A stretch of 64,000 nucleotides of DNA from Octopus vulgaris (Eukaryota), in assembly GCA_951406725.2 (NCBI GenBank), contig OX597829.1, forward strand, positions 45,508,001 through 45,572,000. The letters run 5' to 3'. Positions within the stretch are counted from its first letter, which is position 1; each line of letters starts with the position of its first letter. The position numbers and the translations under genes were made by a program. Below, one piece after another: positions 53,504 to 64,000 of the stretch. The notes beneath the pieces are model-generated. The model was not told the DNA's origin. It did not search any database and worked only from the letters and a program-made list of their open reading frames with translations.

Positions 53504-53894
53504 CACTCATAGCTAATATTATATACTGTAGCTGTTAAGAGTGCTTATGTATTCAAACTAAATAAATATCTACTTTTCTTCATCACTGATTCACTTATCA
53601 CTGATCAGGGATAACAATGGTACACCCAATTGTGAACCATGTTATGCTTCATGTTCGTTGCTAAAGGGGTGCACTGGATGGCGCTGCCTCCTCCCAATTC
53701 AATGGTGCTCCCTCAATTTAAGGTGATACACTTATTTTGAAACTCCACTTAATCATTATTACAAATTAATACCCACCCAGGCACTAAAATCTGTCAATGG
53801 GTCTGTTACGCTTATAACAGTTTGATGTGTGGTCAGTGAGAGATCCTATTTTGACCACAAAAAACCCACCCCAGCAACCATCCATGATGCATAG

Positions 53895-54170
53895 TTGTTT
53901 GTTCCTTCTCGAGCCATGCCTCGCTCATATAGGTTCCCCAGCTGGATGGGACGCCGGTCCATCACAGGTGAGCTGCAAGATGCAGGAAGAAAGAGTGAGA
54001 GAAAGTTGTGGCGAAAGAGTCAGCAGAAGTTCGCCATTACCTTCTGCCGGAGTTGCGTGGAGCTTAGGTGTTTCGCTCATAAACGCACACATCGCCCGGT
54101 CTGAGATTTGAACCCATAATCCCTTGACCACAAGTCTGCTGCTCTAACCACTAGGCCATGTGCCTCCACA
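53895..54170 (-). mobile_element. SINE related to family C
   Basis: tRNA-like head tggcctagtggttagagcagc on the minus strand. Confidence 0.75.
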
Positions 54171-54336
54171 TAATGCATAGTTACCCAAAATGTATTGATA
54201 ATTACTCTTGTTCATATCACTGTGCTGTGAATCTGTGTATTTTTTTAAATGTATATATATCTGCATACCCATCAACATTCCACCAGTGAAGAGAGAAAAA
54301 TATGTCATATCTTATTAAATTTTTACTCAGAATATT

Positions 54337-54783
54337 TTTTTCTACTCTAGGCACAAAACCCAAAATTTTGGGGGAGGGGGGCCAGTTGATTAGATTGGCC
54401 CCCAGTATGCAACTGGTACTTGATTTATCGACCCCGAAAGGATGAAAGGCAAAGTCAACCTCAGCAGAATTTGAACTCAGAGCATAAAGACTGACAAAAT
54501 ACCACTAAGCATTTTGCCTGGCGTGCTAACGTTTCTGCCAGCTTGCCACCTTCTCTTGACCACTATATTCTTTTCTATTCTAGGCACAAGGCCCAAAATT
54601 TTGGCGGAGGGGCCAGTTGATTAGATCAACCCCAGTACTCAACTGATACTTAATTTATAGACCTCGAAAGGATAAAAGGCAAAGTCAACCTCGTCAAAAT
54701 TTGAACTCAGAACATAAAGACAGATGAAATACTGCTAAGCATTTTACCTGGCGTGCTAACAATTCTGCCACCTTGCTACCTTG
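54337..54783 (-). mobile_element. Two SINE-B copies
   Basis: Family core; flanking ttttactcwgaatatt duplication. Confidence 0.8.
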
Positions 54784-54831
54784 TTTTACTCTGAATATTA
54801 TTTCTATCATGAAACAATATCATTATGTATC

Positions 54832-55245
54832 TCTTTACTCTTTACTCTTTTACTTGTTTCAGTCATTTGACTGCGGCCATGCTGGAGCACCACCTTTAGT
54901 CGAGCAAATCGACCCCAGGACTTATTTTTTGTAAGCCTAGTACTTATTCTATCAGTCTCTTTTGCTGAACCACTAAGTTACAGGGACATAAACACACCAG
55001 CATCGGTTGTCAAGCAATGTTGGGGGGACAAACACAGACACACAAACAATTTACAAGCATACATATATATATACATATATACAACGGGCTTCTTTCAGTT
55101 TCCGTCTATCAAATCCACTCACAAGGCATTGGTCGGCCCGAGGTTATAGTAGAAGACACTTGCCCAAGATGCCACGCAGTGGGATTGAACCCGGAACCAT
55201 GTGGTTCATAAGCAAGCTACTTACCACACAGCCACTCCTGCACCT
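54832..55245 (-). mobile_element. SINE family A
   Basis: Full-length. Confidence 0.9.
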
Positions 55246-56551
55246 ATGTATGTTTAAAAACTGTTTTGAGTTGTTATTTGAGTATGTTACGGGGACAACT
55301 TAGGGATCTCAGAACAAAATCTATTTTTCCTATATGTTTTATGCTCTGAGTTCAAATTCTGCTGAGGTTGACTATGCTTTTCATCCTTTCGGGGTCAATA
55401 AATTAAGTACCAGTTGCATACTGGGGTCAATCTAATCAACTGGCCTTTTCCTCCAAAATTTTGGGTTTTGTGCCTAGAGTAGAAAAAAAATATTCAGAGT
55501 AAAAATTTATCACTGTTGTTTCGGAACCAAATACCCATAATAAACAAGGGTGGATGTATTCCTTTCCACCATTTTGTTTCTGTTCTCTTATTAATGTTTC
55601 TTTGTCTCCTTGTTTTCTTCATCATATGAGAAAGTAGCAAAATGGGTGGCCAAAACCACAACATTATTAGTATAATGCAGAATGCTGCAAACATTAATTG
55701 ATTCCAAAATTTCAGTGTTTTTGCACTTGAATACATTGTTTATTTAGTGTATGTTATATTATCAAATGCAATTATGTTCATTATGCACTTAATTTAGAAA
55801 AAGAAAAAAAAATGAGAAAAAAAAATAAATAAAGACAAAATGATTAATTAATAAATAAATAAATAAACAAGTAAAACTTCTGCTTATTTAACATTCTAAC
55901 TTGACATTTAACGAAGAATAGAATTGGTTTGAGATTAATTTTTATTTCTTATTTTCTCACTTTAATATTCTCAAATTCCACCAAACAGGTGATCATATGG
56001 AAACTGACTGTGTTCTGGGAGAAACACATGGAGGAAGCTTATGAGAAGAAACTCACCAGATAATCGGCAGCTGATGTTTGGAACAATATTTGACAAAAGT
56101 TCTGTTAGGACATGCTAAAGTAAAGGCTTAATTCCACTGTGAAAGACAATAAGCACTTGGGATATTGGGTAGCCACCCAATCACATATCATTCTAAAGAA
56201 CATTTAAGATAGATTTTCTTGTTCCCTTGGAAACGAGTAAGACATCTATTTAGGAATACTAAGCCTTTCATTAACGTAGAATACACAACTCAAGAAGGTG
56301 GCAAGGTGACAGAAACATTAGCACGCCGGGCGAAATGCTTATTGGTATTTTGCCTGCCGTTACATTCTGAGTTCAAATTCCGCCGAGGTCGACTTTGCCT
56401 TTCATCCTTTCGGGGTCGATAAATTAAGTACCAGTTATGCACTGGGGTCAATGTAATTGACTTATCCCCTTTGTCTGTCTTTGTTTGTCCCCTCTACGTT
56501 TAGCCCCTAGTGGGCAATAAAAAAATAAGAGTATACAACTCAACATACACT

Positions 56552-56727
56552 CACTAGCGTAGCTAGGGGCAGGGTGTGGTGGTAGGTGCAGTCTGCCCTG
56601 GGAAGCACTTTTAAAGGGGCACCATTTTGGGTCTACGGTAGGCAATATGTGCTTCCTTTGTGGAATCTGGTGAGGGTGGCAAATGGAAGAGCCACCCCAG
56701 GTAGCACACACTCTAACTACACTAGTA
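56552..56727. mobile_element. hAT-like MITE
   Basis: Imperfect TIRs cactagcgtagctag / ctaactacactagta; 8-bp TSD catacact. Confidence 0.75.
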
Positions 56728-57561
56728 CATACACTGGTGGCATGTAATATCTATTGATGAGTTTGACCTTCTCAGAGATATTTTTTATTGTTTGCCTTTT
56801 GCTTGTTTCAGTGATTGGACTGCAGCCAAGTCTGGTATTTGTTCTACTAGTCTTTTGTCTGGTTTTTTTTTTGTTTTTTTTTTGCCAAATAGCTAAGATA
56901 CAGGGACATAAACAACACATGGCATAAGAAAATCTGGAGAAGGAAGTATAGAGAATGAAATTTTCTTCAGTCTCGCATAGGGTTAAAGAAGTATTTGGTG
57001 ACATATTGATGAAAATGAAAGACAGGAGAGACTTGGACCAAGAGTTTCAACCCATTGCAAACCACTGGTGGAGGAGACAAGGTACCAGTAAGAAGGAATG
57101 TGACAAAATGGCGGAATAAAACAACAGAGACAGGCCTGAAAATATTGGGATTATAAGTGAGAAGGAGCAAGGAGCAAGGAGCAAGGAATCTACTATAATA
57201 ATACTCTTGTGTTTTTCTCCATCACAACATATGAATGAGAAAGGAAAGAAGGGGTGAAAGATGAATAAGAAAAGAAGAGGTGATGGCACACTTGGTAGTG
57301 GGATGATGGAAATTTTATGGTAAAAAAAAATCAAAACAGCATTTCAATTCTGAGTGTGTATGTAAAAGGGAGTTATGTGAATGTTCTCATTCCTAAGGTA
57401 TTTTTCGATTTTTTAATTGTTATAAAGTTTTTACTCGGATTTTTCAAAAACGGACAAAACCCTTTGTAACCTTTCGTCCTGTTTTGTCCCTTTATGTAAT
57501 CATGTGTGTCAGCCCTTGTGGCCAATAAAAAGAATAAATTATTATTATTATTATTATTATT

Positions 57562-58450
57562 TTCCTTCTTTCTTCAAATTTTCTTCCATTTTCACGCCGA
57601 GTGTTTTCCGTACACATAGGGCAGAGAAGCACATTGTATGCATTCCCAGATTACACACGCAAATTCACAGGTAAAATATGTATTTAAAAAAAATTAATGA
57701 ATAAATAAATTCATGAATGGATGTTGTTTTCACAGCGATAGTGCTCTTCTAAGTATATGAGTCATTCTAGTTAACACGATTTTTTGCACTTCCTGTAGGG
57801 ATGGTAAGACTGGTATCATTTGCAAATAGGTTTCAATACTTTCTTTTTTTATCATTCCTAGTTATCCTACAATCACTGGTACTGTAGTCACCTGGAAATG
57901 CCACATTTTTTTCAATTTCTGTTAGCAAGTCTTTATATTTACTGATCTTGTCAAATTCTTTTGCCGCTATATTGTGATCGCAAGGAATACTCATGTCAAT
58001 TAATAAACACACCTTTTTTGTCTGATCTTTTATAATAATATCCGGTTTATTAGCTTTTATAGTTTTGTTGGTATGTATGGGGAAGTCCCATAGAATCGAC
58101 ACATTTTCTCCCTCAGTCACAGCTTCAGGATGGTGTTTATACCATTTGTCAGCGGTTTTGATTTTATAATGCTGACATATTGTCCAATGTAAATACTGGC
58201 CGACTCTGTCATGTCTTACTTTATATACTACTGGTGCTAAGACTTTACACCCTGGGATTAGATGGTCTATAGTTTCAATCTCATCGCTACAGAATCGGCA
58301 TTTTGGGTCAGCTCCATTTTTTATTACGTTGGCTTGGTAGTTCCGGGTTAATAAGCTTTGGTCTTGAGCAGCTAATATGAAACCTTCACTCTCTGCTTTT
58401 AGCCCTGAGCTTCATAGCCATTGATGTATGTGTTTCTGCTCAACATCAGT
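57562..58450 (-). mobile_element. Dong/R4-like LINE 3' fragment in (TAA)n
   Basis: AAQDQSL, CRFC..HL..GC, RHDRV, KPD..D..K..KY motifs. Confidence 0.92.
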
Positions 58451-58461
58451 TATTATTATTG

Positions 58462-58522
<61 letters not shown>

Positions 58523-58524
58523 CA

Positions 58525-58597
<73 letters not shown>

Positions 58598-58602
<5 letters not shown>

Positions 58603-58890
58603 TCACTGCCTGGAATCAAACTCGGAATCTTGGGGTTAGTAGCCCACGCTCTTAACCACTACAAGATATGCCCATGGACATACGGCTTAGTGATTATAAT
58701 AATAATAAGAAGATCGAAAAATACGTTAGGAATGAGAACCCAGGTTCAAAATTTCCTCAAGACACCTGATGAAGGCTGGAAGGTATATCAGTTGTGTTAA
58801 CAACAAACATAATGAGGACAAATATCCGTCGAATGTAAATAATGTAAATAGTGTACATAATTCCTCATTTCTTGAATATAGAACTGTATA
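58598..58890. mobile_element. tRNA-like head (minus) abutting a hammerhead-bearing repeat (plus; GAAA deleted)
   Basis: Minus 58598-58673 has A/B-box-like motifs; plus gacacCTGATGAaggctg matches 63743. Confidence 0.6.
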
Positions 58891-59169
58891 TAGAAAATAC
58901 TTGGCTACCCCAGTAGGACAAGGAAGGAGACCATGGTAGGAGAGAGTTAGAGAGAAAGATAGAGAAACTGTCAGAGTGAGGGAGAGAGAGAGAGAGTTTA
59001 CTCATAGGGAACTGTGGTGGGGAGTATGAGTAGCACAGAGGATATAGAGGTGGATGTTCAGTGAGGGAGATGTTCAATAAGTGAGGGAAAATTCTGCCAT
59101 ATGTTGTAAACATCAGCTAAAAAAAGCAGTGCTATTTGGACAAAGCCCTTTGATCTGCTGACACTTCTT

Positions 59170-59235
59170 TGTCACACTTGTCATCAGAAATGTCACTCTT
59201 GTCATCAGAAATGTCACACTTGTCATCAGAAATGT
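59170..59235. repeat. 21-bp tandem repeat, three copies
   Basis: tgtcacacttgtcatcagaaa. Confidence 0.9.
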
Positions 59236-59429
59236 AATGAAGCGTTGAAAACCTGGAACCAATGATGTTATGGATCCCAATCTGCAATATAAAATAAGCA
59301 AACATATCTGGAGAGTACAAACTGGATAGACAGGAACTATGTGGACATTGTCTATATATGTCGCAGAGGAGTCTTTGGATGTCTTTCAGGTGATTGTCTG
59401 AATCAATCACTTGGTTCAGCATTGGTTTC

Positions 59430-59485
<56 letters not shown>

Positions 59486-59789
59486 AATATATACACCTAC
59501 ACATATCTATATATTATATATATACCCAGGCCTATTTTTCATTTGTTTTTTAGGAGTGGGTGCCTACAACAAGATACACACCAAGCATTCCATTCCTTTC
59601 CCATCTCAAAGAGGCAAGCCCCATTCTATACTTGGGTCAAGGCATAGAACGCAACCCCCGATATCATCAGTGGGGCCTAACAACATATCCTGGTTTACCT
59701 CGTTGAGCAGCATAAAAATTCATTCATCCATCCACAAACCCTCTCCAAGCTTTCCTATCATTTATAAACTCTCTTGCCTTCTCACTCCG

Positions 59790-60115
59790 ACACCTAAACA
59801 CCAAAGCTTTCCTAACTCCATCCATCCACACAAATCAAGGTCTGCTTCTGGTTCTGCTACCTACCACTTCAGCCTTCATCACCATTCTAACCATCCACTC
59901 CTTATCCATCCTCTGCAGGTAATGAAACCACCTCAACATTCATCTATCCAATTTGGTTGTTGGTTTTTCTCTCATTCCTGCTTGCATTCACACCTCCTCA
60001 TTCCTCATCCTGTCCATCTGTGTCACACCAACCATAGCCCTCAGACATCACATCTCAGACTCATCTGGTCACCTCCTTTCCACCTCTCTCAGCCCCCATG
60101 TCTTTGCACCACATG
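59790..60115 (-). mobile_element. Old RTE-like ORF end fragment
   Basis: WFHYLQRMDKEWMV...GSRTRSRP resembles the WFGH..RM...GRP motif. Confidence 0.55.
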
Positions 60116-60860
60116 ACACTGTCTCAAATGGTACTCAATTTATTGATCCCAAAAGCAAGGAAAGCAAAGCTGACCTTGGTGTAATTTGAACACAGAATAA
60201 AAGGACAGACAAAATGGCACTAATCATTTTACTTGACATGCTAATGGTTCTACCAGCTCCCCACCTGGTCTAATATTACCTCATGGCTCTTGGGTGTCTT
60301 GAGTTTAACCAAAATCCCCTCTGTTGCAAACATTCAGATCCAGATCTTCAGTCTCCAGTCTCCAGTCTCCAATCTCTCCGATTTGAGAATAACATGATAT
60401 ACCAATTATGATGCATTCTACTACTGCAACCTATGAGCTGTTTTTCCTTGCTCCCTTCCCTACCCTACATACATCATTCTCAGAGAACCCTGTAAAGACC
60501 ATGAACATCGCTTTTCCTATTCTGACTCAGCTGTAGAAATTTTTTTAAAAATCTAATCTCTATAGTGGTTATGACATATATCACATTGTCATGTAATGAG
60601 GTCAGTGCTGCAGTTTCTATACACTGCAATACAGATTTTTTCCTATGTCTGGTTTAGACAAAATTTAGTCTATGTTGAAGCAATCTCATACTCTTCCATT
60701 GTGTCTTCTTATCTTCAGTTTTTATTTCTTCATATACTTTTATTCTTTTATTCTTTTACTTGTTTCAGCCATTTGACTGCAGCCATGCTGTGGTACCACC
60801 TTGAACGGTTTTAGTTGAACAATTTGACCCCCAAAGTTTTTAAGCCAAATACTTATTCTT

Positions 60861-61277
60861 ATTTCTTTACTGCCCACAAGGGGCTACACACAGAGGGGAC
60901 AAACAAGGACAGACAAAGGGATTAAGTCGATTATATCGACCCCAGTGCGTAACTGGTACTTATTTAATCAACCCTGAAAGGAGGAAAGGCAAAGTTGACC
61001 TAGGCGGAATTTGAACTCAGAACATAGCAGCAGATGAAATACCTATTTCTTTACTACCCACAAGGGGCTTAACACAGAGAAGACAAACAAGGACAGACAA
61101 ATGTATTAAGTTGATTATATTGACCCCAGTGCGTAACTGGTACTTATTTAATCAACCCTGAAAGGATGAAAGGCAAAGTCGACCTCTGCAGAATTTGAAC
61201 TCAGAAAGTAGCAGCAGACGAAATACTGCTAAGCATTTCACCCGACATGCTAATGTTTCTGCCAGCTCGCCGCCTTA
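60861..61277 (-). mobile_element. SINE-B dimer inserted in SINE-A
   Basis: TSD atacttattct; fixed dimer junction. Confidence 0.85.
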
Positions 61278-61515
61278 TATACTTATTCTGTCTCTTTTGC
61301 TGAACTGCTAAGTTACAGGAACATAAACACACCAACACCGGTTGTCAAGCAGTGGTGGGGGAAACAAACAGACACAAATACATGAACACACACACACACA
61401 CACAAACATGTATGCATATATACAACAGACTTCATTCAGTGTGTGTGTGTGTGTGTGTGTGTGTGTTTATTAATGGCATAATGAACCTATAAAAATTCAA
61501 CGGAAAGGATTATAT

Positions 61516-62043
61516 ATTTCTTTATTGCTCACAAGGGGCTAAACATAGAGGGGACAAACAAAGACAGACAAAGGGATTAAGTCGATTACATCAACCCTGA
61601 AAGGATGAAAGGCAAAGTCGACCTCAGCGGAATTTGAAGTCAGAACGTAACGGCAGACGAAATACCTATTTCTTTATTACCCACAAGGAGCTAAACATAG
61701 AGGGGACAAACAATGACAGACATAGGTATTAAGTCGATTACATCGACCCCAGTGCGTAACTGGTACTTAATTTATCGACCCCGAAAGGATGAAAGGCAAA
61801 GTCGACCTCAGCAGAATTTGAACTCAGAACGTAACGGTAGACGAAATACTCTAAGGCTACTAGAGGACAAACATGACAGACATAGGTATTGTCGATTACA
61901 TCGACCCCAGTGCGTAACTGGTACTTAATTTATCGACCCCGAAAGGATGAAAGGCAAAGTGACTGGAATTTGAACTCAGAACGTAACGGCAGACGAAATA
62001 CCGCTAAGCATTTCGCCTGACATGCTAACGTTTCTGCCTGCTC
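61516..62043 (-). mobile_element. SINE-B trimer
   Basis: Three cores and one head. Confidence 0.85.
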
Positions 62044-62447
62044 GGAAAGGATTATAATCTGGATCTAGTCCTTCACAGTACATTACCAAGTCGTTCTAGA
62101 ATTCTCTTACATTTTCATCATAATTCGCTTGGGTGACTTATCCGAATTAATGCATTCTTTCCACACCAGAAGTCCCGATTGAATGATGAAGCATGAATGT
62201 CTAGCGTGCATTTTAATCACATTGGTCTTTCTCTTAGTGAAATACTGCACCTGTGCATTGTAATGACTACAGGTGAAAGTAGCAGTCTGCTAAATGAACT
62301 GGTTGATCCTGCCCATTGATAGCTTGTTGCCTGTTCATCCATTCAGTATCTAGGGATATTCACCATTGATTCAATAGGAATCATTTGCTGAGATATTTAA
62401 CATCCACCATGTTGCATTCCATGATTACGACATGTAACCTTCTTTAT

Positions 62448-62481
<34 letters not shown>

Positions 62482-62643
62482 AACACACACACACACACAC
62501 ACACATTCACACACACTCATACACACACTCACACACACTCATACACACACTCACACACACACTCACACACACACTCACACACACACATTCACACACACTC
62601 ATACACACACTCATACACACACACACTCACATGTATGGACGTG

Positions 62644-62675
<32 letters not shown>

Positions 62676-62939
62676 TGCACAGGCATATGCATACACACAT
62701 ATGCGACAGGCTTCTTTCAGTTTCTGTTTACCAAATGCACTCATATGTCTTTGGTTAGCCCAAGGCTGTGGTAGGAGATTCTTGGCCAAGGTGTTACATG
62801 ATGGGATGGAACCTGAAACTAATACGGTTGGGAAGCAAACTTCTTACCACATAGCCACACATGTGCCATTATCAATAAAAAAAATGAACAACTTTTGTGG
62901 AAGAACTTTAAAGAAATGACACTCTCTGTATGAATGGTG

Positions 62940-62974
<35 letters not shown>

Positions 62975-63330
62975 TATCATCATCATCACCATCGTTTAAC
63001 TGTTTAACATCTGCTTTCCATGCTGGATGGTTTGTCAGAGGACTGGCAAGCCAGAAGGCTGCACCAGGTTCCAATCTGATCTAGCAATGTTTCTACAGCT
63101 GGATGCCCTTCCTAACACCAACCACTCTGAGAGTGTAGTGGGTGCTTTTTACATGCAACCGGCATGAGGGCCAGTCAGGCAGTACTGGCATTGAACATGC
63201 TTGAATGGTGCTTCAGTCAGGCAGCACTGGCAATGACCATGCCCAAATGGTATTTTTTACGTGCCACTGGAACAGGAGCCAGTCAGGTGGCACTGGCAAT
63301 GGCATAGCTTGAATGGTGCTTTTTACGTGT
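62940..63330 (-). mobile_element. RTE 3' tail copy
   Basis: (CAT)n and tail motifs. Confidence 0.8.
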
Positions 63331-63650
63331 CAGGGTCATGGGATATTGTGAAAGGCTTGGTTGGAGGCCCAACCTTCCAAGTTCTTTTACAGGGCTTAGA
63401 AAAACTGAAGGGCTACTGCAATAAGTGTGTGAATCTGAGAGGGAAATATGTTGAATAAAATCATAACTGATCCACCTGTATTTTCTTTTTCCCAAAGCCA
63501 GGAACCTTTCAGTAACCTGTCATGTGTAGACAAATACATATGACAAACTTCCAGTTTCCACCTGTCAAATTTAATTACAAACTATTGTAGAGGATATTAT
63601 TTACATTATTTACATTTGACGGATATTTCTCCTCATATTGTTTGTTAGCA

Positions 63651-63695
63651 ATACAGCATTTCGGCTGATATACCCTGCAGCCTTCATCAGGTGTC
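63651..63695 (-). ncRNA. Hammerhead ribozyme motif (decayed stem III)
   Basis: gacac-CUGAUGA-a-ggctg..cagcc-GAA-atgc. Confidence 0.6.
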
Positions 63696-63742
63696 TTGGG
63701 AAAATTTCGAACCTAGGTTCTCATTCCTAAGGTATTCCCCAA

Positions 63743-63788
63743 GACACCTGATGAAGGCTGGAGGGTATATCAGCCGAAACATTGTGTT
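63743..63788 (+). ncRNA. Type I minimal hammerhead ribozyme
   Basis: gacac-CUGAUGA-a-ggctg-gagggtatat-cagcc-GAA-acat-U-gtgtt. Confidence 0.75.
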
Positions 63789-64000
63789 AACAACAAACAA
63801 GATGAGGACAAATGTAAATAATGTAAATAATGTACATAATTACTCATCTCTTAAATATAGAACCATATTCTAGAGGACAGTAGCCAAAAGTGCCTATCCA
63901 GTGGAAGCAAACTCCAAACCATGTGGTTCCAAAGCAAAGTTCTTAAGGTTTAAGGAATTAATTTGTTTCAGGAAACAGATTTCTTTTAATTCCTTTCATT

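Noticed and set aside
55494-55736. 80-aa ORF with a hydrophobic stretch
   Set aside because: No recognisable family or supported splice context; cannot be told from a chance ORF without RNA data

Overview
AT-rich, gene-poor, repeat-saturated animal DNA. The SINE, RTE and microsatellite repertoire points to an octopus/cephalopod intron or intergenic region (inference). No host protein-coding exon could be supported; almost all listed ORFs are microsatellite artefacts or transposon fragments. Main content: a near-intact RTE LINE (APE-RT-PHD; one frameshift, one nonsense codon), many RTE 3' tails, Dong/R4-like LINE ends in (TAA)n, a Tx1/L1-like fragment, mariner (D34D) and maT (D37D) relics, three abundant tRNA-derived SINE families (labelled A, B and C here) and Penelope-like remnants. 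The most notable signal is a set of hammerhead-ribozyme motifs from about four different repeat families, often in fold-back structures. They include two copies with a compensatory G3:C8 core swap and one family apparently linked to a tRNA-like head. Coordinates were read by eye and element ends may be off by a few bases.
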